64,000 bases of DNA from Blastocystis sp. Blastoise (Eukaryota; Protista; Bigyra: Opalinata): the NCBI GenBank assembly GCA_039096225.1, contig JBBPEB010000034.1:806001-870000 (forward strand), read 5' to 3'. The number at the start of each line of letters is the position of its first letter. Position 1 is the stretch's first letter. The translations under genes and the position numbers were made by a program. This document shows, piece by piece, positions 1 through 12,951 of this stretch. A model generated the notes under the pieces. That model was given only the letters and a program-made list of their open reading frames with translations. It was not told the origin of the DNA and searched no databases.

Positions 1-1724
1 ATTATCATTATTATTATCATCATCATCATCATCATCATCATTATCATCATCATTGTCATCATCATTATCATCATCATTGTATAGGAGTTCAGTAACATTT
101 GGAAATACATGAGTTGTCATTATTGTTTTAAATAGATTATCACCAATTTCACAAGCCAATTCTCTAACTATATAGAATTATAATAATAGAAACAATATTA
201 ATATAACTTTATAAAATAATACTCCAGTTAACATCTAATGTAGTTAAAGAATCGAAAACACCTTCTTCTAATAATTTCATACAAATCACAGAATTATTTT
301 GAGAAACAAGATCTAAAATAAATTATTATATTTTAAATATATTTATTTACATTCATTTAAAATGATTTCTGAAATAAACAAATGCGAAGTAAGAAGTAAT
401 AATTGAGATATACCAATTTTAGAAGATACATTATTAATACTATTAAATATATATATATATAAATTCATGACAATTCATTAAAAAAATAGAATTATATACC
501 AAAATGTTTTATTTTTTGTTTTTTCTATATAATAATAATAAAATAAATGAATTTATTGTATATATTTACCATTATATTGAATACTGACTTCATCATTTAA
601 TGTATACTTATCTTCTGTTTTACTTATTTCAACATTTGAATAATCATTTGTATATATAGCTTCATTAACTATATTTTTATATAATTTACGTAACTGGTTG
701 CTTGGTCTAATGCTATTATAGGACTCAATCAATTTATAAGAATAATAAAGTTTATTTAGATCTAAAGAAGAAATCTTATTATATTCATTCATTTCGGATT
801 CAGTATAGGACTCATATTTTTTACGTTTATATTCTCTACATACATCATTATATACTAAGAGAGTATATTCCATCATATATTCATCACTATTTGGATTTAA
901 TAATAGTGCAGTCTCCTTATAATGCGTATTCACTATATAATAGATTTATTAGTATCAATTCTATATATATATATATACCATTTATTGTTATTTCTTTTAA
1001 AGATGGGAATATATCTTTAATACACAATGGACATATATATTCTAATGGAATATTCGAAGAATAATCATCTATATATATATCATTATTATTCATTATATAA
1101 AATTGATTTACATGTAATATTAATATTAGTAATATTCATCATTTTAAAAAGAAGAGAATAATATAACAATTCGTCTTTACGTTTAGGTGTAAATAATCCT
1201 ATATATATATATATATATATATATACCATTAATAATTATTTTTTTCTCTTCTAAATTGAATAACTCCATAGGTATAGTTGAATCGATATAGTTATCATAA
1301 GATCCATTTATATTATAATTATTGTCTTTCAAATATTCATAGAATAATTCTTTAACATGAAATAATAAATCACTTTGAATTTCATTATGAATGGTAACTG
1401 AATATTCATAAAGTGTTTTATATATATCATAACTATCTTTCAAATCTAATGAATCAATATCATTGTTTTTGTCCATCAAAAAATCAATCACTTTATTCAT
1501 AGGAGAAGAAGGTATATCTATATAATAACTACCATCCTCATATTTATCAGAGTGTTCTATAATATCATAAAAGGGTAATTGTTGATATTTCTCAATAAAT
1601 TCTTTAGAAATCCACAATTTTGTCTCATCTTGGAATGTAAATAAATCTAGAACAACAAATAAATATTTCTCAATAATATTTAAATACATTTATCTTCAGT
1701 TAATTGAAAATCACTTGTTGGCAT
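1..1724 (-). CDS. BTB/POZ-like + degenerate LRR-like family protein, copy A (multi-exon, 3' end runs off the window)
   Basis: Spliced model MPTSDFQLTEDK|YLFTFQDETKLWISKEFIEKYQQLPFYDII..DGSYYIDIPSSPMNKVIDFL. The G.Y.ID..P....V.DFL pattern resembles KCTD-type BTB. Colinear exon-by-exon with the copy at 18154-21876. Domain names are by motif resemblance only. Confidence 0.75.
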
Positions 1725-2650
1725 CACTTGAATTCAACTATAATGACAATGTAATCCAATATTAATATATTTTAAAAAGTATTTTCTTATATATACAATA
1801 AATAAATACTTTAGAAAATGCTATACTCTATTATAAATAGAATAAATCATAGATAAAAGAGCAAACAAAACTTGCAACTTTTTAGAAGAATCTTCATGAA
1901 AATAAATAAAAAATGATTAGAGAATTGCTAAAAGACCGCGAATATATTTTGTAAATTTTATTTTGTTGAATATGTCTCTTTAAGCAATATATGAGCATTT
2001 AAAATGTTCTTTTAGATCAATTCATGCAGTATAGATTCATATAAAGAAAAGAAAATATGGATATTATTGAAGTTTTGATTTTTTCATTTGATTTTCTTAT
2101 TATTATACTTTTTCAAACCTTGATTTTATGCTCTAAGAATTCAAAAATAATATATAGATATGTTGAAGTGACTCAAATAATGTTTCTATAATGTGAATGA
2201 AGTCATTTTGAGATTAACTTACGAATTATTCAATAATTTTAATTAATATGATTTATATACATGCTTCTCTAGTTTATTTCATAATTAAGAATTGAAATAT
2301 ACCTTAGTTTAACCACATAAAAGCGTATTTTGTGTTATATTTGATATTAAAATATAATAAAATAGTTTATTGACTATAATAGCAATCCTAATATATAAAT
2401 ATTCATTAAAATGAATTATATATACAATATTGACTGATATAAATAGAAAAAACAATCAAACATGAGTTTTTAAAATTGTGAATTCATTTGAGGGATTCAG
2501 TTTACAACTGAAATTGTTTTAATTATTGTTAAGAATTTTATTATTTTCTATTTTTCATTGATATTCAATATTTAACACGTATTTCTTATTTTAAATACAA
2601 ATATCAGATATCTCTGTTATTAAAATAATTAAATAATGTTTGAAGAAGAG

Positions 2651-5600
2651 ATGCAAAAAACAAATTGTCAAGAAAAACAAAGTATTCTTTCTATTCATAC
2701 ATACTAATCATAAATATATAATTTTTAAAGTATTATTTATATTACAGGATGAATCAACAATCACAATTTCAAATTCTCTTCTACAAAAATATCCTAATTT
2801 TATGTTTTCTTTGGTATCTATGAATACTAATGATTTCATAGAAGAATAAAAATCTTATTACATTGATCTTTTATGTTTATCAAAACATAAAATGATCCCA
2901 TTTATGGAGAATGCAAAAGTTCTTGATATTCTGCCTTTAAAAGATGTAGTTTCAATTCATTCAGATATACATTATTTTTTTGGAGATGAATCCTATGAAG
3001 ATAAGATGAAAATATATACATTTCTTTGGGATTCTTTAAATAATTTTATTGTGAATAATAAATGTGAACTGTATTTTATTTTATAAATATTTATAGAATA
3101 AATAAAAGTGATGAAATGAAAATAATAAGATATCAACTCATTATTCATGGTATATTTATTTCATTTTATTATTATTATATATATGAATGTATAGATATCA
3201 TAACAAATGAGAGAAATCAATTATTTTATCAATATTCTCCATTATTTGATTTCTTTAATATTACAATTGTTACTTTAAAATATATAGTATTAGATTATTA
3301 AAGCCATTAATTATATATATAGTTGATTTCTCTGAAGATATTCCTTATGAATATATATATTCTTCCAATTTACATGAAGTATTCCCAAAACTAGAAACAT
3401 TTCTTATAGAACGTATATTATATATTGTTTTATTTACATATATATTTGAATTTATTTTATATAGCTTCCTATTATTCTCAAAGAAAAGAGATATGTATAC
3501 CTCCTTCTGATCCTTATTATACTGTATTATATAAAGAATATAAACGACAATATTATCAAACTTATTTTCCAAAAGAATATTCTATTTATAGAAAATCAAG
3601 AACAGATAAAGAAAACAATTATATACATAACAATTTAATTCATATATATTCAAAAGAAAAGAAAAAAAAATTTGAATAAGAAAGAAAATGATATTTCTGA
3701 CAAAAATATAGATATAGATAAAGAAATAAATGAAGAAAACAATGAAATAAAACCAGATCTATTTGTTATACTTTCATGCTATTCCCGTGATTATAATACA
3801 TAACAAATGGAGTTCGAGAAGAATAATTTATTATTATATAATAATAAATATATTTCTTATATGAAATTTATTTTTATCCAAGATGGAGGTATATATATAT
3901 ATTATATATATTTATATATATAGAACGAGATATACAACATCTAATTGTCGAGTATATAATCATATTTTATTGTTTTTGTACTCTATACAATTGAATAAAT
4001 TATTTTATTATTAGAATATATTTATAATATATAAATATGAATAGGCTATCGTTTTCTTCGTGTTCAACAATACTCTTCTATTTACTTCATCTTCCAATAA
4101 TGAAGCACACTAAACAACTAGTCACTCTTCGTATGTATATAATAACTAAATATATATATATTAGAGAATCCTAGAGTGAAGATTCAATTCGATATTCCTC
4201 CATTATTAATAACAATTAGAGATGGATTAGTAGATACTATTATTATATTCAACATATTCAATTGTAATATATATAATCTATAATACTTATTATTATTATT
4301 ATATAGTTATTCAACCAGGATCATATCCTGAATATATACAATTATTTAAAGATATTATTACTACTCATGTATTTCCTAATGTAACTACATTAAAAATAAC
4401 ATGTATATATTTAATATATTTCAATATATTATATAAATAATATTTATAGATTATTCCTATGATTTATATATACCTCTTTTACAAGTGATATTGCAATTAA
4501 TAACAAGAAATCATTTTCCAAAGTTGCATATATATGATATCAGTGATATTATTCAAAATGATACTTATATATATAAAGAGAATTATAAATTTGTTCTATT
4601 TTCTGAATCTATAATACAACTAATGGATACTATAATTTATGATAAAGATATATTTTCTGATATCTTAGAGAATGTTGTGGTGTATCCAGAAATATCAGAA
4701 GCTATATTGAATACTAATAATACTAATTATTTTACTATTCAAGGTATACATAAATGGTATTATGAATTATTATTATACTATATATATATAGGTTCATTTT
4801 TTTTAAATGAATATGATGTTGTGTGGAATTAGTTAATGAATTCTAAAGTTATATTCTTTAATAATCTAATTATTGATTGTACATATATATATTATATCAT
4901 TATTATTATTATTTCTATATTCTTTTAGTATATGAGATGAAATATACTAGATTTGATATTTCTCAAATAAATCTAAAAAAGTGTATAGTTAAATCATTTG
5001 TTCTTAGTATATATATATTTGTATATATCTATTTAATATAATAGATGCGAATTCATTTCAGTATAAGATATTAAATAAATTGAGGAATTGCATGAAAGAT
5101 ATAAATTATAATGAGCTTCAAACACTTTTTATTAACTGTATTTGTTTTTTTTTTATTTTCTATTTATTCTATTTATTATTCGAATTAATTATGTAATTTT
5201 TAGTAAATCCAGATGAAGATGAAGAGTATGAATATGATAGTGATTATGATTATGATGAAGATGATAGTCACGATGAAAATGAAAATATTAATGTGAATCA
5301 ATATATTTATGAATATTTCTCATTTTTATCTGTTGGAAACTATAAAAACGTGACTACTTTGTCAATAGGTATGATTATGTATATATCTTTATATCTATAT
5401 ATATAGATGATATAACGTTCTATTCTATTCATGGTTATATAAAAAACAAAATAAAAGTTGAAACCATACAAATGTTATATCATTTCTTCTCCTTGTTCTC
5501 TAATAATCTTACTAGAATAGAATTAACTTGTATATCAATTTAAATATTATATATATACAAATAGATTGTTTCTTTGTATCCTATATATTCAATGATTGCT

Positions 5601-6527
5601 TATCTCTACCTTTACTTGAAAATATCAATTATGTTAAAATATCAATTTGTATGAATTATAATATATATTAGTCAATTATATATATAGTTAATAAAAATGA
5701 ATTTAATGATTTAATGACAAATATATACTCCTTATTTAAGAATAATAAACTGAAAAAACTTCAAACATTGGAAATTAGTTATATTTCTAGTATGTTTAAT
5801 AGTTATATTGATAATATAAATATATATAGAAGATAACGATAGTTTTGATGAATTATTTACATATATTATGTTATTTAAAGAAGACTATAATAAGACTCCT
5901 TCTTGCTTTAAACAGATAATACTTAATATTCAAGGTAAATTTTTTATGTTATTAATATATTTATATATCTTATATTTATTTAATTTTATTATTTATTTGT
6001 AAGTATTAGTTGTATATATCCTTTTATTGTTAAGAATAAATTCTTATTTTTATATAGATTAATTATATTACTATTAGAATCTCAGAATGAATATACTATT
6101 CAAAATATATTGGAATCATTTCCTTCTTTTTCATTTTCTTTTCATAATTCAATTCAATGTATATCTATGAATATAATAATGAAGAGATATAAAGATATAT
6201 ATATTATATATTGTAAATATATATATAATCAATTAGAGATGGAATATACTAAATTCATTGTTCAATTAGATTTATGTATATATATAATTTTATTCCACAT
6301 TATTCATAATATATAGTTATAGTAGATAATCCTTATATAAAGAATATTATAAACTTAATTGCAAAGAATTCTTATCCTTATTTAAGAATACTTTACTTAT
6401 ATAACTCATGTATATATTTATATAGTATATGATGTTTAAATCTATAGATATAGAGTTTGATTATAAATCTATTTTAGAAGATTATAAAAAGAAATATAAT
6501 TCACAACTATCAATTATATATAAATGA
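2651..6527 (+). pseudogene. Divergent BTB-like/LRR-like family member, probably pseudogenised (copy B)
   Basis: MQKTNCQEKQ|ILFILQDESTITISNSLLQKYP..KSYYID and IITTHVFPNVT / FPKLHIYD match copies A and C. In-frame stops at 2847-2849 (TAA), 3801-3803 (TAA) and 4830-4832 (TAG), plus a frame change in the A-run near 3660-3670. Confidence 0.7.
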
Positions 6528-6846
6528 GAAAAATAAAGAATATCTAGATTTTTTTAATTGTTAATAAATAATGTTTTATATATTGTTATGTAATTATGTT
6601 TGTAATATATAATTTGTTACTGTTGTAAATGAAATAATCTATTAAAAGTGATTATTTTTTTAACTATTTTAAAGCCAAACTTATTTATTAATATACATAT
6701 TATTAAAATAAACACTTTTAGATATTTATATAAAAAAAATATACAATAAAAAAATATAATAGTTTATAAAAAATGTTAAAAAGTTAATATATATTTATAT
6801 ATATATATTAAAGAAAATTGATATTTTTATATATAAATAATTGTTC

Positions 6847-8423
6847 TTAAGCTCTTCCCCAGACTTCATAATCTTCTACTGTAAAATCATTTCTAGAATT
6901 AGCATTAGCAGTATTCACAAATAATGAATGTTTTTGAGGAGTATTCACAGTAGTAAATGATTTTGAATTAGTCAATGCATTATTATTATTAGTATGGCAA
7001 TTATCACCTATATATATATCACTGCCACCACCAAATACAGGGCCATAAGAAGAACGACAATATATACCTCTACCTATGCCATTATGTAGATATTGAGTAG
7101 GAGGAATACCATGTTCATTACTTAATGTAAAGAGAAATTCTTTAGAAGGAGATTTTTCACCTATAGAAAAGAATACGAAATAAACATATTTAAATGATAA
7201 TATATACAGTTACTTGTTCTAGATTCCCAACTTTGATCTGTATATCCTCCAAATATATTTATATGATTATTATGACCTATATGTTTAATAAGAGTAACTG
7301 TTTCTCCTTTATTGTCACAATATTTATGGAATTCACTTGCTAAAAAATTATGTTCACTTGCTCTATATATATAATGATATAATAAAATAATAATAACATA
7401 CCTAAATAATAATTTCCATTTCTTTCCTTTACCAAGCCAATTCACTAATGGCTTTGTAAGTTCTTCATCAACAATAGTTGATTGTTTGAACCATCCTGGA
7501 ATCATTGCTTCTTTCGCAGCTTCTCTTCCTTTTTCACCAAATAATTCAATCATCTCTTTCTCAAATACTTCTTTATTAATATCATCAATCTTATCTTCTT
7601 CTATATCTATAGTTCCATTATTCACATATTGAGTAATATATTCAATATATTTGTATTCCTTATTCATATATAAACTATCATCTACAGGATTATAATTAAT
7701 CAATCCATTATCATAATTCTTAACATAAGCATTCCATAATCCATTCTTTACTAAATAATCTTTAATAATATCATTCTTATTGCCATTAATAATCAAAGAA
7801 ACTTCATCTCCTTCTTCATATTTCTTCATCTTTCGATCTCTTCTTTCTCTACAATCTATTAATTCTAAAGGAATCACTAATTCACAAAATTCAAATAAAT
7901 TCAATATTTGTAATTGTTCTTCATAAGAAAAAGAATCAAAATCTACTTTCTTTCCATTCAAATAATCTAATAAATAATAAATAAAAACATCTTTTCCAGG
8001 ATAATCAAGAAAAATAGATCCATCATTCGTTCTTTTTTCTTCATTACGTTGTTCTTCAATAAAAGAACCTTTCAAAGAATCTAAAACAGATGTTGATACT
8101 TGAAATACAGGACCATTATTTGTAAATCGTATCAAATCCATATCATTATCATCATTAGCATCCATGTCCATATTCATATTTTCATAATTATTCTTTTCAC
8201 AAACAGATTTCTTTTCAAATTCATTTCTTTCACCTTCTTTCTCAATACAATCATCTCCAATATGTTTTATAAGTCTATTAATCGACATTCCAGAATGTAT
8301 ACCAAGATTCATTACAACTGAGAAAACATTAACTACATCTTTCATCAATTCTTCATACACATTGATATCCTCCTTCAATCTATTGAATTTATCAATATCA
8401 AATAACACCTTTTCTTTCACCAT
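6847..8423 (-). CDS. BTB-like + TLDc domain protein
   Basis: TLDc motifs WKLLFRASEH..F.ASEFHKYCDNKGETVTLIK..IFGGYT, FLFTL, YGPVFGGGSDIYI and FTVEDYEVW. N-terminal BTB-like segment GPVFQVS..DGSIFLDY..YLLDYLNG. Two introns. Confidence 0.9.
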
Positions 8424-8563
8424 TTTCAACAAATAAAGTAATATATCGAATTAAAAATTTCAAAAAATTTCTCTTTGAAAATTTTGTTTTGAGAGTTGTA
8501 GTTTTTTACAAAAGATTTAGATTTTCGTTTAATAACTTACATTTTCATATTATTATATAACCT

Positions 8564-11500
8564 ATGAACTTGTTGCAACATTGTGAATATGAATCCATGG
8601 TATTAGATTTCCTTTCTGTTGCAAATGAAAAATGGTTTAACCTAGAAATAGTAATTTTGTTATTAAACTATATGTATCTAATCATAAACATAGTTTATGA
8701 ATCAGGAAGCAAAGAAATATTATAATTTGCATACTTCTGGTATAAGATTTGAGAGAGAAATGAGTCAAACTAAAATATGTGATTATTTTATAAATGAAGG
8801 AGATAATTACTACATTTGTAATACATGCAGCATGTCGCCATACCTAGTATTTTGCAAAAAATGTTGAATGAAGCAAATCATGTTGTATATTTTTTTATTC
8901 TTTATGAATAACAAATTAGGGTCATGATTATCATGAAGTATTATGTGAGAATGAAGAATCGTATTGCGATTGTGGTTTATTCAATATAAAATATGATGGA
9001 TATTGCGAGAATCATAAAATAATTCATGACCATTTCTTTTCTTCAGAAATGATGGAACCTATGTATATATAAAAATTTTTATTATTATTATTATTATACT
9101 ACTTTTATTTATTATTAATCTTTAATTAAATATGATTAGATCATTACAATGGTATGAAACCTATTGTCATTTCTGTATATATGCATTATTTTATTATACA
9201 AAAATATCAAATGATAAATACCGCTTTTTAGTATGATAATAATTACATTTATGTATATATATATACAATATAGAAGGCAATATCAATAATGAATTCATTA
9301 ATTTTATTATGTGAATCAGATCTATCTATATATACATATATATGTACCTTCTTCTCTTCTTCTATAGAGAAACATAATTCTCTATTTAATAAGAAAATAG
9401 TCGACATCGATCGTTCGTTCTTGACTCTCATTACTATAAAAGATCAAGCACCTTTCACTTTGTTATTACTTATTAACTGTTTTATTTGTGAAAATAAAAC
9501 ATATCAAGTATAGTCTTCTAAATCAATAATAATCTAATTATATATTATTATATATAGGATATTTGTAGACATTTTTTATGTTTGCTTTTTAAAGATCCAT
9601 CTTTTCTTAATCTGTTTTTTACATTATATCCTTTATTCTTATTGTATTCCAGTATAAACTATTTAAATTTTGATAGTATATATGTATATTATTATATTAT
9701 TACTTTTATAAATTAAGTATATATGTTTCATTATTTATGTATTTATAGATCAAATGAATCTAACAGAATCATTTTATTTAAATCAAAGTTATGGTTTAGT
9801 AATATTATCAAGTTATTTCGATTTTTATGATTTTGATCAATTCAAGAATTATACTTTGTTTTCTGTTATTCATATTGCTGCTCTTCCTGATTTATATACA
9901 TATATAAATGATACAACTAATTATACTCCTCAACAACAGTATTTTAAGCTTATTCAGTATATAATTAATAAAGTTGTGCATGTAGCAGTTAAGAATGCTT
10001 GTATATATATTATATTTAATTATACTGTATATTACATGCTATTACATAGTAATTCAAAATAGCTCAAGAATATTTATTATAAATATTTTGTTACAGTTGT
10101 ATTACTGTAATCACAATGTATTGATGCCCTATATGTATATTGATAAATACACATTAACTATAGAAAAATCAATTCTTGACACTTTTTTATGTATTCATGT
10201 ATGTAAATATAATAAATATAATTAATATAATTAATATATTAAATATATAAAACAATACATAATAAATATAATAAATATAGTCCATCCTATCAGGTGATAC
10301 TGATAATAGAAATAAACTACTTTATACTACCCTCATAGAATGTGGTGGATATTATTCTTTATGTGATACACTTAGAAATCTATTCTATTCTATATATAAT
10401 GATATTAAGGCTTTTATTCGTGTATACTATATTATATATATATATTATTATTATTGTATATAGAAATCAACAAAAGAAGAGTCAATTACATTATTAACAA
10501 ATGTTATTACAATATATAATAAGATATTACTTGGTGATATTCTAAAATGTTATAATCTAAATCAGAATAATGAATATAATATTGTTCATATTTTTATTGT
10601 TATCTTATCCATGATTTTGTATGTTTTTTTAATAATTATTTTTATTATAATTTATAATCTATATTATTATAATAAAAGTAATTATGTTAAAAAGATGATA
10701 CATATATATATATATAGATCTGAGATTTATAGTTGTTTTGGTGTTTGTGAATTACCCTTAGAAATTCATTCTACATTATTCTTTATTTATCATATATCAT
10801 TAAGTCAATTTCTATATATATTTCATTTGATCTCTCTTAATGATGATAATGATGATAAAAATAATTATTTAGATCTATTTGCTAGTTCAATTCAATATCA
10901 TTTTTTAAGTATAGCTGAATATTATGGTATCTTACTTCAAGTATATTATTTATGTACATATTATTTAAATTTTGTTACTTTATTATTATATTTTAATATA
11001 AAAATATCTATAGATTCTTCCATTATATATAAATGAATATGATTCTATGACTTTATTCTTATGGTATATATACAAGGGATATAACTTTTTAGAAAAGAAA
11101 GAAATCTATAAGGATATTAATATGTTATATAATGATATACAAGACTCATATGAGTTATTCTCTGTAGTAGATATACATAATTATATAAATGAAATATGTC
11201 CATTTGTGACATTATATGATATTATACGTTTATTATTATGTATTCAATATGATCCTTGCTATACTCTTGATAATTATGTATATAAATATATATCTATTTT
11301 TCTTTGCTATATTGAATATATATATAGTTCATTTCAAAGAACAAATTATCATCATTATTCTTTAAAAAGCATTCTCCAAATAAAGAAATATCATTAATTG
11401 TGAAAAGAAAATCAGATGCTTCTATAGACATACCAAGTGTACCAGATGTAAACTATATATATATTATATTATACTTATTATATTAATAATATTATAGTAT

Positions 11501-12920
11501 TTGCAATACATAATATATGATTATGTTTTTCAATCTGAAAATGATGATCAAACAAAAATGTATCATTATTTATTTATTTATTATAAACATTGCTTTCTAG
11601 AAGTCATCTGTTGTATGCTATAAAAACAACTGAGAATCAAAATATATATAATATATATCTATTTCAATTATTGTTTTTTAAACATGATTATTACTATGAT
11701 GTATATAGTTTATGTTGTATTATAATATATAATATATAGAATTACTTGAATAATAATCCTGATTTGATATATATTCCTTCTTCATGTTCAAAACTAAAGT
11801 ATATATATATCAATAGTATTATTTACATATTTTATACTATATTTAGGACTTATATTGATTCTCCATTCTATTTAACTTATATAACATATTACATACAAAA
11901 CATAATATCTAATGAAAATGAAGAATCTATAAGAATAATGGAACTTCTGTATCTTCTTTACTTTTATATTAAAAGTATATATATACATCATTATATTTAT
12001 TAAAATATATTATTATTATCATATTATATGTATATAGATTCCCCTATTGATCCAATAGAATTATCTAAAAATACAATAATAAATGATGTATAGATATTTT
12101 TTTATTATTAATTTTATATATATAGTTTTTAAAACATAATATAAGTGAAGGAATCACTATTTATATTCAGCATTTATCAGCTGTCATTCAGCTATTAATT
12201 CAAACTCATAAAAGTTTCAATAAGTATAAAATCATTAATTCTTTTCTATATAGATAGACTAATAGAAGAATATGATACAACTAATGCACAAGTAATATAA
12301 ATATATTATATATATTATATATATAGAATGATTATATAAAATCTGATCTTATCAAACCCAGTTTCAATACAGGTATGTATATATATATAAATATATTTAT
12401 ATATATATATTTAAATATATAGATAATATAATATGTGCTGCATGTATGAAAAGAGGAGGTTTGTTTGTACTTCCAGTATATATAAGTAATCAATGTCAAC
12501 AATGTATATATATATTATTATAATATATAACAAGTATTTATGCATATATATATAGCCGATTCCTATTCATTTCAGTTTATATTAAATAAATTCATGAATA
12601 ATTTATGTAAATATTTATTTTAATATATATCAAACATATATATATAGAAAATATATATATGTTCTTTCTCTAGTTAATGATAATCATTCTCAATATTCCA
12701 GTTCATATTCTATTTATAAGAATTTTTGTCGTTGTATTCATAAAAATCCTTTTCAGAAATGGTTTGATTTTAATGTTCATGTAATTATTATTAAAAATAT
12801 TATTATTGAATAAAATGTTATTCTATGTATATACATATATCTAGAGTTGTAATCATCCTATTCATTATACATGCTTTTCAAATATGAATTCTTCAGAACC
12901 ATACTTTCTTGTATATAAAT

Positions 12921-12951
<31 letters not shown>

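Noticed and set aside
2651-6527. In-frame TAA/TAG codons suggesting a ciliate-like reassigned genetic code
   Set aside because: The 14.5-kb exon has no in-frame TAA/TAG, and conserved genes (PSMA3, RNMT, TMEM18) end in TAA. The stops are confined to one paralogue that also has a frameshift, so pseudogenisation is the simpler explanation.
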